The notes under the pieces were generated by a model. It searched no databases. It saw nothing but the letters and a program-made list of their open reading frames with translations, and was not told the origin of the DNA. 64,000 bases of DNA, taken from IMG/VR virus record IMGVR_UViG_3300032074_000001; one strand, written 5' to 3'. Below, piece by piece: positions 36,814 to 47,475 of this stretch. Made by a program: the position numbers and the translations under genes. Source of the stretch: a virus. Lineage: Duplodnaviria; Heunggongvirae; Uroviricota; Caudoviricetes. Within the stretch, counting starts at the first letter, position 1; every line of letters begins with the position of its first letter.

Positions 36814-39800
36814 GTGACCCAGATGCCGGTCGAGGCACAAGTTGTCCTCACTGCGGACAACTCGCAGTACGACCAGTCAATGCAGGCGTCTGCCGCGCAG
36901 ACCAGCAGCCTGGCTCACTCCGTTGACAGCCTCACCGACAAGCTGAACAACCTGGCCAAGTCCGCTGGCCGCAAGATGCTGGGCATCACTGCTGCGGACA
37001 CTGCGGTGATCGTGGGCGCTACCGCTGCCTACGCTGCCTACGAGCGGCAGATGACCAGCCTCAACGTGCAGGCTGCGGTGCTCACTCGCAACACCCAGAT
37101 GCAGCAGCAGTTGTTCAACTCCTACGCCACCCAGGTCGCCTCGGTGCGCAGCGAGTTCGCGATGACCACTGGTGCTGCGGCTCAGCTGGTCCAGACCATC
37201 AACACCCTGTCTGACGCCACCGCTCCCGCAGACAAGCTGGCCAGCTCCTTCGCCAAGTTGGGCAACGCCACTGGTGAGTCCGCGACTCAGCTGGGTCAGT
37301 CCATGCTCCAGCTTCAGCGGACCATGGGTGTGCCGCAGCGCGACACCGACCGACTCAACAACCAACTCCTGGTGCTGAGCCAGCGTTCTGGTGCCAGCGC
37401 GTCCTCCATCCTGGACTTCGCCCAGAACATCGCTCCGGTCGGTCGTCTGGTGAACATGACCCAGACCGACATCATGGGCTTCTCCAACGCCTTCATCCGG
37501 GCAGGGCAGGACGGCTACCGAGCCTCCAACGTCTTCAACCGGATGGTCTCCGACATCGCCTACGCCACCCAGACCGGCTCCCCTGAACTGGCCAAGTACG
37601 CCAACCTGGTCGGGATGACCACCGAGCAGTTCAAGAACCTCGGTGGCACCAGTCAGATCCTCAACGTCTTCGACGCCATCAACCGGCAGGGTCCGCAGGC
37701 GATCACCACCCTGAACCGGATGGGCTACGACGGTATGCAGACCGTCCGTACCGTCACCGCGATGGCTCAGCAGGGCGGGATGGCCAGCGAGATCGCCGCC
37801 GCTCGTAACGCTGACCCCAACTCCCTGAACCGGGGCAACGCGGCTGCCCTGGACACCCTGGCCCACAAGCTGGCCGAGATCCGCACGCAGCTCCAGATGA
37901 CAGCGGAAGCCTTCGGGTCCACCTTCGCTCGACCGGCTGCGGTCTTCTTGGACACTATCGAGAAGATGGCCCAAGTGGTCAGGTCCGTAGTGGACGGACC
38001 CCTGGGCAAGATGGCGGCGGTGGTCGCAGGCATCGCTGCGCCGTTCCTGGCGGTAGGTGGAGCCATCATGATGGCCTCCCGTGCGCTGTCTGCGTTCGCG
38101 GCTGCCTCGCTGCTGATCCGGTCCGCTCCGATGCGTGGCTTCATGGAGACCCGCGCTCTGAACGCCGGGATGACTGACGCTGGTCGCGCCACCCTGGCTG
38201 CTCAGGGTCTGCGGGTCGGTGGTGTGGGTCCTGGTCGGTTCGCCACTGGTGCCGAGGCTGCTCGCATCGCTGGCCCGAACGGCTCCTGGTCCAACCGGAT
38301 GTTCTACAACACTGGGTCCGACCTGGCTCGGTGGTCTCGCGCCGGTCTGGTCACCGGCACCACTCCGGGCGTGATGGGCCGGATGGCTGGCTGGGGCATG
38401 ACCGGTGCCGGGGCGAGTGCCCGGTTCATCGGCAACATGGCCTACTCCGCTGGCTCCACCCGCATCCCTGGGGTGACTGGCACTGGTGGCTTCGACTCCA
38501 CCACGCGACGCTGGCGGATGTTCAACGCAGGCACCATGGGTGAGTCCATCCGAGGCACCGCAGCAAGCGGCTGGGCCATGCTTCCGGCCAGCTACCGGCA
38601 GGGTGTCGCGGAGAGCGCACTGGTCCGCTCTGGTGAGGGCTTCCGGACCCTCTCTGGTCGGGCGATGACCTACGACGACGCTGCCCGGATGAACCAGCGC
38701 TTCGATCAGATCACCCAGCGCCAGGCTGGCTCCGGTGCGGTGGGCTCCTCGGCATCGCGGATCTCGCAGGCTGAGCGCGATGTCACGGCGTCCTCGCGTA
38801 CTGCGGCTGCGCTGAACAACCTGGAGCGTTCGACCATGACCGCTGGTCGTGGCTTCGTGAACTTCGGTCGAGGTATGGGCAACCTGACCACGATGATGGC
38901 CTCCACGGCTCTCAGCATCGGTCGAGTCGGTGGCGGGATCGCTCGCAACGCCTACTCCATGATCGGCGGCAACCCGCTGATGCTGGCGGGCATCGGGGCC
39001 TATGTCGGCTGGCAGGGCCTGAAGAACATGAGCGCCGACGTGGGGTACCAGTACCAGGACCGCTCTGGCTTCAACAACCCGTACTTCACCGCTGGTGGAG
39101 TCGCCGCACCCACCCCGCTGCCCCAGCAGCAGCAGCAGACCTCGCACCGGCTGTCCTTGCAGCAGGCGTACAACATCTCCCCGACTGACATCGCGGCGGC
39201 TCAGTCCAGCGACTACAAGCTCCAGAACAGCGCCCTGAAGGACGTTGACGACCCGAAGACCGCGCAGGCGAAGCTGTCGGCCACCTGGGGTGCGATGTCG
39301 TCCAACCCCGTCGCGGTCAACGCTGCGGTGATGGACCTGGTGAACAAGTTCGGCGCTGGCCAGGCGGGCGACATCGTGTCCAGTCTGAACTCGGGGCAGA
39401 GCAACCCCTTCTTCCTGGCTAGCTCCGCTGCACACCCGGACAGCCGAGGCTTCTGGGACTCGGTGACCCGGACTCGCTCTGGCTCGGTGACCACGGATCG
39501 ACTCAACGACCTGTTCGGGATCGTGGACGACCGAGCCGCGTACCTCAACTCCACTGCGGGTGATCAGACAGCGCGCACCTACAAGGGTGACGCGATGGAC
39601 AAGACCATCCAGGCGTTCACCGGCCAGGCGGACTACAACTCCTCTGGCGAGCCGGGGATCAACTTCAAGCAGGCGATGTACAAGCGCCTGTTCGGCGTGG
39701 ACATCACCGACTCCGACGCGATGATCCAGTACCTGGACCCGAACTCGGACCTCCGGGGCTTCCTGCGTTCCTCGATCACCGACTACGGCGGTGCTGCCAA

Positions 39801-42800
39801 CCCGCGTACCGATACTGGCGCGGACAACCTGAAGCGGATGCTTCAGCAGTACAACCTGAACTCTGACCTCACCGGGGACGCGGCGATCAACGCGCTGAAC
39901 AACGCGATCCTGCACCCCAAGGCCACCACTGCTGCGCAGGGTGCGGGGATGGACACCCGCTCGATGCTTGCTCGGCGTACGAGTGGGCTGTTCGGGTCCG
40001 GTGGCGTGCTGGCCAGCCAGCCGGTGGACTACGCGCTGAACCAGGGCGCTGAGGACCCCAACGCGCTGTACCAGGCGGTCAACAGCACGCTGAGTGTGCT
40101 GCGGGATCGGTACGGCAACAACTGGGGCAAGATCCTCGGTCGCACCCAGAACCTCTCCGCGCTGGCAGGTACCGACACCTCGATGGGTGCCGATGTCTTC
40201 TCCGGTGTCGCGCAGATGGCCCAGCAGGCGATGGCCTACCGGGCTCCGTTCCAGGACCGGACCACCAACTTCACGCAGCAGACTGGTGTCTACCAGGGCT
40301 TGATGAACGCGGACATGGGTCCGGGTACCGAGCAGGTCCGTCAGCAGGCTGCGGCTACCTACCAGCAGCAGGTGATGGAGCAGTACAACTACTTCAAGCA
40401 GCAGTTGTACCAGCAGCGCGAGTACGACATCTCTCGGCAGCGTGGCGAGGACGACTACAACCTCCAGCGCACCTACGCCCAGAACGACTACGACCTCCAG
40501 CGCACCCGTGCCGAGGCTGACTACCAGCGGATGCGTGGTCGTGGTGTCGCTGAGTTCCACCGCCAGGAGGAGCGGGCTTCCTACGACTTCCACCTGTCTC
40601 GGAGTCGGCAGGAGGAGGACTTCCAGCACCAGGTGCGGCTGATGACCGAGCAGACCGCTCGGCAGGCGCTGAACATCTACCAGCGCACTCCGGTCCAGCA
40701 GACCTCCTCGGCGGGCTGGCTGCTCAACAACGCCCAGGACCAGCTCCAGGCGATGCGTGGCCAGGAGCGGGACCTGAACCGGCTGCGCTCGCTGGGGATG
40801 AACAACAACACCATCCAGCAGCTCGGGCTCACCGACCCGGCCAACGCCCAGCAGTTGGCCCGGATGGTCTCGGACGTGGCGCAGAACCCGCGTCTGATCC
40901 AGCAGTTCAACGACGAGGTGTCCAAGCGACTGAAGGCGGCTCGGTCTCTGGTGACCGACCAGTCTTCCACCGACTGGCAGGAGATGACTCGGAGCTACCG
41001 GCTCCAGCGTCGGCGTGCCCAGGAGGACTTCCAGACCCAGATGGCTCGCAGCCGCGAGGACTTCCACCGGTCTCTGGACCAGCAGGACAACGACTTCAAC
41101 CGCTCGATGGATCGTCAGGCGACCGACTTCGGTACCTCGATGGACCGCATGGAGACCTCCTTCAACACCTCCATGGACCGAGCGGCTGCGGACCTGGCTC
41201 GGTCTGCGAAGACCATCGACGGCAACTTCGAAGACATCCTCACCAAGTCGGTGGACGGACTCTCGGGGCACGCCCAGCGGCAGGCTCGTGCGGTGCTCGC
41301 GGAGTTCCGCAACCTGAAGCAGTCCACCGACCCGGCTGCCCGCGACATCATGCAGTCGCTCGCGGACATCTTCGGAGTGGACTACAAGGCACCGCACGCA
41401 GTCGCGCACGGTGGGTCTACCTCCAACCCCGGCTTTCCCGGCATAGCTGGCTCCGGTCAGGGTCAGGCCAACGCGGTGATGCCCGGTGGCGCTGCTGCCG
41501 GTGGTGTGCTGAACGCGCCGCGCTCGGTGGGCAGCGACAACATGCACTTCTACTCTCCCCAGCACGGTGATCTGCACCTGGCTGGTGGCGAGGCCATCAT
41601 GGTCCCGGAGTGGGTGGATGCGGTTGGTGGTCCCGCTGCGGTCCAGCAGATGAACCGCAGGGCTCGCTCCCGGCAGTTCTGGATGGGCGGCGTGATGCCG
41701 CTGCCGGGTGCCAGCTCCATCAAGCAGCACGACACTGGCTACTCATCCGACATCTGGGCCGGTGACCTCAACTGGCCGGGGCGTGCCGACTACGGCAAGC
41801 CCATCGTGGCCTACAAGTCCGGTGTGGCGCACCCGTTCGACTACGGGAGCGACACCTCCTACGGGCGCGGCGTGATGGTCTCCCAGGGCAACGGCCAGAA
41901 CACCCTGTACGCGCACATGTCCGCCATCGTGCAGGGCATCGCGGGTCAGCTGGTCCGAGCCGGTCAGACCATTGGCTACGTCGGTGACTACGGCAACACT
42001 GGCTCGCCGCCGACCTCGCACCTGCACTTTGAGCTGAAGAACGGGTCCTGGAACCTGCCCTTCGTCGGCAACAAGGGGCTCACTGGTGCTCCCGGCAGTG
42101 GGTCTGGTGGCTCCTTCCAGGACTTGGTGCGCAAGCGGTACCCGCACGCGGAGCAGGCTGCGGCCTCGATGGCTGCACTGCACCCGCTGGCTGGCGGGGA
42201 CATCTCCGGAATCATCAACCGGTTCGCACACCAGCGGTACCGGCAGCTGGTCCACGCCCTGGGTCGTCCCAACAGCGGGAACGCGCTGGCGATGGCTCTC
42301 GGCCCGACTCCGGACGAGCCCGGTGGCAACCTGGACAACCAGGGCCTGGTGCGACGTGCGATGACTCAGGCTGGCTGGGCTAACCAGTGGCCCTCGCTGT
42401 ACCAGTTGGTCAGCCACGAGTCTGGGTTCCGCAACACCGCTCAGAACCCCGACTCCACTGCCTACGGCATGTTCCAGTTCCTGAACAGCACCTGGGGCAA
42501 CTACGGCGGGAAGAAGACCTCCGACCCGTGGCTCCAGTCGGTCTACGGGATGCGGTACATCCGCGACCGCTACCACGACCCGAACGGGGCCTGGGCTACC
42601 TGGCAGCGTCAGGGCTGGTACGGGGACGGGTCCATCTTCACCGGGCCGCAGACCATCGGCGTGGGTGAGCGTGGCCCGGAGGCGGTGATCCCGCTGAACG
42701 ACCGAGGCGCTGACTTCATCGCCAGCATCATCTCCAAGTCCTCGGCTGGCAACGAGGCCAAGCAGGGTCTGGTGGCTGGATCGACCCCGATGATGTCGGG

Positions 42801-42954
42801 GCACACCTACTACAACTACCAGATCGACCGATCCACCACCTTCACCGGAGCGATCACTGTGCAGGCCAACGACCCCAACGCTTTCGTCAACTCGATGCGG
42901 CAGCGGCAGCGGACTGCGGCGCTCACTCAGCCGGTGCTGGCGGGAAGGAACTGA
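36814..42954 (+). CDS. Tape measure protein with M23 peptidase and lytic transglycosylase domains
   Basis: 2046 aa; Gln-rich coiled-coil repeats; M23 (GYSSDIWAG..HLHFE) and SLT (VSHESGFRN..YGMFQF) near C-terminus. Confidence 0.85.
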   Translation: MTQMPVEAQVVLTADNSQYDQSMQASAAQTSSLAHSVDSLTDKLNNLAKSAGRKMLGITAADTAVIVGATAAYAAYERQMTSLNVQAAVLTRNTQMQQQLFNSYATQVASVRSEFAMTTGAAAQLVQTINTLSDATAPADKLASSFAKLGNATGESATQLGQSMLQLQRTMGVPQRDTDRLNNQLLVLSQRSGASASSILDFAQNIAPVGRLVNMTQTDIMGFSNAFIRAGQDGYRASNVFNRMVSDIAYATQTGSPELAKYANLVGMTTEQFKNLGGTSQILNVFDAINRQGPQAITTLNRMGYDGMQTVRTVTAMAQQGGMASEIAAARNADPNSLNRGNAAALDTLAHKLAEIRTQLQMTAEAFGSTFARPAAVFLDTIEKMAQVVRSVVDGPLGKMAAVVAGIAAPFLAVGGAIMMASRALSAFAAASLLIRSAPMRGFMETRALNAGMTDAGRATLAAQGLRVGGVGPGRFATGAEAARIAGPNGSWSNRMFYNTGSDLARWSRAGLVTGTTPGVMGRMAGWGMTGAGASARFIGNMAYSAGSTRIPGVTGTGGFDSTTRRWRMFNAGTMGESIRGTAASGWAMLPASYRQGVAESALVRSGEGFRTLSGRAMTYDDAARMNQRFDQITQRQAGSGAVGSSASRISQAERDVTASSRTAAALNNLERSTMTAGRGFVNFGRGMGNLTTMMASTALSIGRVGGGIARNAYSMIGGNPLMLAGIGAYVGWQGLKNMSADVGYQYQDRSGFNNPYFTAGGVAAPTPLPQQQQQTSHRLSLQQAYNISPTDIAAAQSSDYKLQNSALKDVDDPKTAQAKLSATWGAMSSNPVAVNAAVMDLVNKFGAGQAGDIVSSLNSGQSNPFFLASSAAHPDSRGFWDSVTRTRSGSVTTDRLNDLFGIVDDRAAYLNSTAGDQTARTYKGDAMDKTIQAFTGQADYNSSGEPGINFKQAMYKRLFGVDITDSDAMIQYLDPNSDLRGFLRSSITDYGGAANPRTDTGADNLKRMLQQYNLNSDLTGDAAINALNNAILHPKATTAAQGAGMDTRSMLARRTSGLFGSGGVLASQPVDYALNQGAEDPNALYQAVNSTLSVLRDRYGNNWGKILGRTQNLSALAGTDTSMGADVFSGVAQMAQQAMAYRAPFQDRTTNFTQQTGVYQGLMNADMGPGTEQVRQQAAATYQQQVMEQYNYFKQQLYQQREYDISRQRGEDDYNLQRTYAQNDYDLQRTRAEADYQRMRGRGVAEFHRQEERASYDFHLSRSRQEEDFQHQVRLMTEQTARQALNIYQRTPVQQTSSAGWLLNNAQDQLQAMRGQERDLNRLRSLGMNNNTIQQLGLTDPANAQQLARMVSDVAQNPRLIQQFNDEVSKRLKAARSLVTDQSSTDWQEMTRSYRLQRRRAQEDFQTQMARSREDFHRSLDQQDNDFNRSMDRQATDFGTSMDRMETSFNTSMDRAAADLARSAKTIDGNFEDILTKSVDGLSGHAQRQARAVLAEFRNLKQSTDPAARDIMQSLADIFGVDYKAPHAVAHGGSTSNPGFPGIAGSGQGQANAVMPGGAAAGGVLNAPRSVGSDNMHFYSPQHGDLHLAGGEAIMVPEWVDAVGGPAAVQQMNRRARSRQFWMGGVMPLPGASSIKQHDTGYSSDIWAGDLNWPGRADYGKPIVAYKSGVAHPFDYGSDTSYGRGVMVSQGNGQNTLYAHMSAIVQGIAGQLVRAGQTIGYVGDYGNTGSPPTSHLHFELKNGSWNLPFVGNKGLTGAPGSGSGGSFQDLVRKRYPHAEQAAASMAALHPLAGGDISGIINRFAHQRYRQLVHALGRPNSGNALAMALGPTPDEPGGNLDNQGLVRRAMTQAGWANQWPSLYQLVSHESGFRNTAQNPDSTAYGMFQFLNSTWGNYGGKKTSDPWLQSVYGMRYIRDRYHDPNGAWATWQRQGWYGDGSIFTGPQTIGVGERGPEAVIPLNDRGADFIASIISKSSAGNEAKQGLVAGSTPMMSGHTYYNYQIDRSTTFTGAITVQANDPNAFVNSMRQRQRTAALTQPVLAGRN

Positions 42955-42955
42955 G

Positions 42956-43444
42956 ATGCAGCTGCGCCACGTTCCCTTCGCCGTCAACGACCCGGATCAG
43001 GAGGGTCTGGACTACCTCGCCGTGGAGATCAGCTACGGCGGGGAGTGGGTCAACCTCAACGACACCGAGCGGTTCCGGATCAACGCCCAGAACACCCGCG
43101 ACAGCACCACCAAGACCTGGCGCAAGGTCACCGCGACCTCACCGGTCCTGGGCGGCAACTACCTGGTCCACGCGGTCCCGGACATGGTGAACGAGACCAT
43201 CAGTGTGTGGGTCTACGGCAACACCCAGACCGATCTGAACGACAACTTCTTCTTCCTGGAGGAGCTGTTCGAACAGCCCGACTACCGGATTCGCTGGACC
43301 CAGAACGAGTACCGTGAGTACTGGCGTTGTCAGTTGGCTGAGGCTGCCTCTTCGCGAGGACAGGTCTGGACGCACAGCCAGATGGCACTGAGCACCTTCA
43401 CCGTGCCGCGCTATCCGGAGATCACCAGGGAGAGGATCGGCTGA
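42956..43444 (+). CDS. Minor tail protein (distal tail-like)
   Basis: First gene after tape measure; 162 aa. Confidence 0.55.
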   Translation: MQLRHVPFAVNDPDQEGLDYLAVEISYGGEWVNLNDTERFRINAQNTRDSTTKTWRKVTATSPVLGGNYLVHAVPDMVNETISVWVYGNTQTDLNDNFFFLEELFEQPDYRIRWTQNEYREYWRCQLAEAASSRGQVWTHSQMALSTFTVPRYPEITRERIG

Positions 43445-43890
43445 TGGCAGGACGGCTCACGCTGTGGGGTGCGGGGCAGCTCTTGCGGTCCTTCTTCGGT
43501 CGTACAGCGGAGCCGCCGCAGACCTTCTACCTGGCGCTCATCAAGGACATCGCGCCCACGCCGTACGTCTCGGGTGCGGAGCTGGATGAGCCGGACGTGG
43601 AGACCGGGTACCAGCGGGTAGCCATCCCCAACGACGCGGCGTCCTGGACCGCCTCGGAGGGGTTCCTGCACATCACCTCCAACGCCATCGACCTGCCCTT
43701 CATCACCGCGATCACCGACTGGGGCAGCATCAACTACTGGGCGGTGTGCAACGCCGAGGTGGACGGCTACGTCTACTTCGTCGGCTCCGTGGAGCAGGCT
43801 GACTACGTGGCGGCAGGAGACCAGGTGGTGATGGGCACCGACGAGCTGGTCATCGAGCTGGGTCCCTTCTACACCGACGAGGACTTCTGA
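43444..43890 (+). CDS. Minor tail protein
   Basis: ATGA overlap chain. Confidence 0.55.
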   Translation: MAGRLTLWGAGQLLRSFFGRTAEPPQTFYLALIKDIAPTPYVSGAELDEPDVETGYQRVAIPNDAASWTASEGFLHITSNAIDLPFITAITDWGSINYWAVCNAEVDGYVYFVGSVEQADYVAAGDQVVMGTDELVIELGPFYTDEDF

Positions 43891-44903
43891 TGGCGGTCAA
43901 GTCCTTCTCTGCGGGGAAGGTGGACATTCTGACCCAGGCTCGGGTCAACGGTCGCTACATCCCCAAGCAGATCTCGGAACTGCCCGGTGGGCTCTACCCG
44001 ATGCGGATGGCGTACTGGGAGACCGACCCGTACCGGATCGCCAACGGCTGGCCTACCGCCGAGCCTGCCTACGACATCCACGCGAGCACCAAGATCGTGG
44101 CCACCGGTGAGGTACTGGCCTACCGCGAACAGGCGCGTGGTGTCGAGACCGGAGCACCAGTGCGCTGGATCGCGGATGACGACCTCTACGACACCACCGT
44201 GCTGCGCTGGGGTCCGTACCAGAGCGAGATGGCCATCAACTGGATCACCTCACCGGAGTACGCACCTACCTACATCGATGACTACGAGTACGTGGTCAAC
44301 GAGGAGTCCTTCACCGCTGCGGCGCTGAACTTCGACGCGGACTCCTTCGAACACATGTGGGCCGACCTGGGACCGATGCTGGCTGGAGCTTCTGGCTACT
44401 CGGTGGTGATGTGCCTGAGCCTGAACTCGGTCTACGGCAACAACCTCGCGGTGCCCTACTCCGGTCTGTGGTGTCCTGGAACGCCTACTCCCGCTCCAGG
44501 ACAGGCGATGGTGGAGAAGCCGAATGGGGGCTGGATCTCACTGACTCTCCAGGGGACATCGCTGTACCTGGAGACCGACCAGTCGAAGCGGACCAACGTG
44601 CTGTCCGTCTCCGACCTGCTGTCCTCCACCGCGCCGATCATGATCGGCATGACAGTCGGTCGTCCCTACACCACGATCTACGCGGGTCGTGGTCCCTCCA
44701 ACATCCGCCGAGCCAGCGTGAACATCGGTGATCAAGTCGTGCCCCTGGACAGCCGGGTGGTGCTGGGCCGGACCAACGGGAACATCCTGCACACTGCGGA
44801 CATGGCGATGCTGGACCTGGGTATCTACCCGGACCGACTCAGCGCCCAGGAGATGAAGTCCGAGTTCGCCACGCTGTCGAGCGTCTACGGGAGTGACAAG
44901 TGA
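43890..44903 (+). CDS. Minor tail protein
   Basis: 337 aa; ATGA overlap chain. Confidence 0.55.
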   Translation: MAVKSFSAGKVDILTQARVNGRYIPKQISELPGGLYPMRMAYWETDPYRIANGWPTAEPAYDIHASTKIVATGEVLAYREQARGVETGAPVRWIADDDLYDTTVLRWGPYQSEMAINWITSPEYAPTYIDDYEYVVNEESFTAAALNFDADSFEHMWADLGPMLAGASGYSVVMCLSLNSVYGNNLAVPYSGLWCPGTPTPAPGQAMVEKPNGGWISLTLQGTSLYLETDQSKRTNVLSVSDLLSSTAPIMIGMTVGRPYTTIYAGRGPSNIRRASVNIGDQVVPLDSRVVLGRTNGNILHTADMAMLDLGIYPDRLSAQEMKSEFATLSSVYGSDK

Positions 44904-47104
44904 AGGCGCTGAGTGCTCAGGCGGTAGACACCAACTCGATTGGCTACTTCCGCATCTTCGCCAAGCCGCCCGGTGGTCTACGTCGGGAGATCACCATCTT
45001 CCGTGGCGCACCCATCGTGATCGGAGAGGCCAACACTGCCGACCCGTTCACCGACACCACCGCGTCCCTGTCCTGCTCGCAGATCACTATCTTCGACACT
45101 CCCGGCTTCGGTGATCTGGACTGGCTGGTCCCGGACTGCGACATCGACATCGTGTGGCAGAACACCGGTCCCTACGACTACGAGTGGAGCTGGGAGGGGT
45201 TCATCACCTCCTACGACTTCGCCTTCTCCGGGACCGACTCTGGCTTCACCATCGACCTGAAGGGGGCGTTGTTCGCCCTGGACAACTTCATGGCCAAGCC
45301 GTCCTTCCCGCGTCGTCCGATCCCCTACGAGATCCTGATCAAGCGCGTCTTCGACCAGACCATCCACCCGAGTCGGCTTGGCGAACTGAAGGTGACCTTC
45401 CCGGCGAACTGGGCCACCAAGGTCCCCGAGTTCGATGAGCCGAACTACCTCTCGATGCTGAAGCCCGCTGGAGTCACCACCGGGCAGAAGTGGACCGGAC
45501 TGACCTCGCGATCCACCGGGTCCTGGGAGCCGGTGCTCTCTGGCTTCGTGCAGTCGTTGCTGACCACGATGTTCGATGAGGGCTCCTCGCAGTGGAGCGT
45601 CCGCAACAACGGCAACCGCAAGCCCGAGCTGTACCTGCGTCGGCCACCAGCAGACGACTCCGACAGCATCCTGGAGGTCACCCTGGGCGCTCCTGGCGTG
45701 AGCTTCCAGGGGTCCAAGGACTTCTCCCAGCGGGCCAACACCATCTACGGCCAGGGCAAGGACGAGTCGGGGATCACCTACTCCGGGATGGTGGTCTCCC
45801 CGAACGGCCAGAACACCGACTTCAAGCCCTACGCCTGGTCCCCGCAGGTCTACCCTCGCCAGGCCAACCCGGTGTTCAACCGCAACATCCAGCCGCACGA
45901 GACCATGATCCGGTTCAGCGACGGTCTCGATGAGGTCGCCGCACAGCGGGTGGCGCAGGCTCAGCTCCAACGGTTCGCGGACCCTGGAGTCACCGGCACC
46001 CTGACCTTGCAGACCGACCCGCGACTGGCCTCCGGACAGCCGTTCCCTCGGATGCTGATCAAGGCCGGGGTGACGCTGCGACTGTTCGGCTTCTTCGGGA
46101 TCAAGGAGGGGCTGCTGGTCCACGTCACCCAGGCCAGCACCAACTTCAACGACCTGACCGTCACCCTCACCGTGGACTCCAAGTACCGCGACGTGCTCAC
46201 CGTGGAGGAGGTGCGTGCCCGCACACGGGACGCTCTGAGCCCTCTGCGGGCCTTGCAGACCGGGAAGTACTCCAACACCATCCAAGACCTGTTGTACCCC
46301 TGGAGCTACCGCGAGGGCTCGGGAATGATCCCCTCTGGCGGTGGTCTGTCGGCCAAGGACTTCTTCCTCCAGAAGCTGCCGACCACGGCGACGTTCCCCT
46401 ACGAGGACTGGACGCGGAAGTACCCGCCGAGCAAGTACCCGAATTACTACATCAAGATCGGGCCGACCGACCCCGCCAACTCCACCAACAACTGGGCCGG
46501 GGCTCCTCGCAACGGCAACAAGCGGCTGGCGATCCCGATCCGGATGGGACAGCAGGGCTCGATCCGACTCACCCAGATCGCGGCGTACGACAAGAACGGC
46601 AATGTGATGCCGGTGCGGTTCCACGTCTCGCTGTACCAGACCAACGGAGTGGGTCCGGATGCGATGCCGGTCTTCCCGGTGAACCCGGATCAGATCAACT
46701 GGCTGAAGCCGCGAGGCACCTCGGTGACCTACGCGCAGGGGCAGTCCAACCCGTTCATCGAGAACGCCTGGGAGCAGGTGGACCAGAACGGGGTGGTGAA
46801 CGAGTACGTCCAGCAGCTGACTCCTCGGGGCAACTCCAGCATCGTGGTGGGCTGGGGCAACTACTACGAGCCCGCTGGCTTCTCCCCTGGCCGGTTCTCT
46901 CGCGGCGCACAGCGCACCGGACTGCTCCAGGATGAGACGGTCTGGCAGTGGAACAACTCCCAGCTGTTCGACCCGCAGAAGGCCAACACTGCGAACTTCG
47001 AAGAGGCTGGCAGTCTGTTCCTGGAGATATTCTGTGACGAACAGGGAGACGAGCCGGTCTACTTCATGGGCCGGATGTACCGAGTAGAACCAGGAACCCA
47101 GTAA
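44900..47104 (+). CDS. Large minor tail protein (tip/baseplate-like)
   Basis: 734 aa, overlapping neighbours. Confidence 0.6.
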   Translation: MKALSAQAVDTNSIGYFRIFAKPPGGLRREITIFRGAPIVIGEANTADPFTDTTASLSCSQITIFDTPGFGDLDWLVPDCDIDIVWQNTGPYDYEWSWEGFITSYDFAFSGTDSGFTIDLKGALFALDNFMAKPSFPRRPIPYEILIKRVFDQTIHPSRLGELKVTFPANWATKVPEFDEPNYLSMLKPAGVTTGQKWTGLTSRSTGSWEPVLSGFVQSLLTTMFDEGSSQWSVRNNGNRKPELYLRRPPADDSDSILEVTLGAPGVSFQGSKDFSQRANTIYGQGKDESGITYSGMVVSPNGQNTDFKPYAWSPQVYPRQANPVFNRNIQPHETMIRFSDGLDEVAAQRVAQAQLQRFADPGVTGTLTLQTDPRLASGQPFPRMLIKAGVTLRLFGFFGIKEGLLVHVTQASTNFNDLTVTLTVDSKYRDVLTVEEVRARTRDALSPLRALQTGKYSNTIQDLLYPWSYREGSGMIPSGGGLSAKDFFLQKLPTTATFPYEDWTRKYPPSKYPNYYIKIGPTDPANSTNNWAGAPRNGNKRLAIPIRMGQQGSIRLTQIAAYDKNGNVMPVRFHVSLYQTNGVGPDAMPVFPVNPDQINWLKPRGTSVTYAQGQSNPFIENAWEQVDQNGVVNEYVQQLTPRGNSSIVVGWGNYYEPAGFSPGRFSRGAQRTGLLQDETVWQWNNSQLFDPQKANTANFEEAGSLFLEIFCDEQGDEPVYFMGRMYRVEPGTQ

Positions 47105-47475
47105 TGGCTGACGGTGCTTTCGATGACGACCTCGTACATGCGTGGCTGGCCTGCGTGGCTGACAACGCCTGGATCTCCCTGCACTACGAGTCCCCGTCCC
47201 TGAACGGACTAGGCCGTGGTGAGATCGACGGTGGTGGCTACCTGCGTCGCCAGGCGGTGTTCTCAGACCCGTCCTCTCGCGCCATCTGGACCCTGGAGGA
47301 CGTGAAGTTCGTCGGTCTACCCGAGAACCGACTCACCCACTTCGGCATCTGGAACCACAAGGTGGGCGGCAAGCTCCGAGCCTGGGGCCGACTTCCCGAT
47401 CCCAACGGGGTGATCGTGGTGAACGGCGGTGGCTACGTGCTGCACGCGGGAGATCTGGCCCTGTCCATCGAGTGA
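47104..47475 (+). CDS. Minor tail protein
   Basis: 123 aa; last gene of + strand block. Confidence 0.5.
   Translation: MADGAFDDDLVHAWLACVADNAWISLHYESPSLNGLGRGEIDGGGYLRRQAVFSDPSSRAIWTLEDVKFVGLPENRLTHFGIWNHKVGGKLRAWGRLPDPNGVIVVNGGGYVLHAGDLALSIE

Noticed and set aside
36877-41730. 1617-aa ORF on - strand
   Set aside because: Antisense shadow of the tape measure gene; the + frame carries recognisable M23/SLT domains and phage gene order, and the - frame translation is Arg/Gly/Pro-rich low-complexity typical of high-GC shadow ORFs
44978-46624. 548-aa - strand ORF
   Set aside because: Antisense to large minor tail protein gene embedded in an ATGA-overlap chain on + strand
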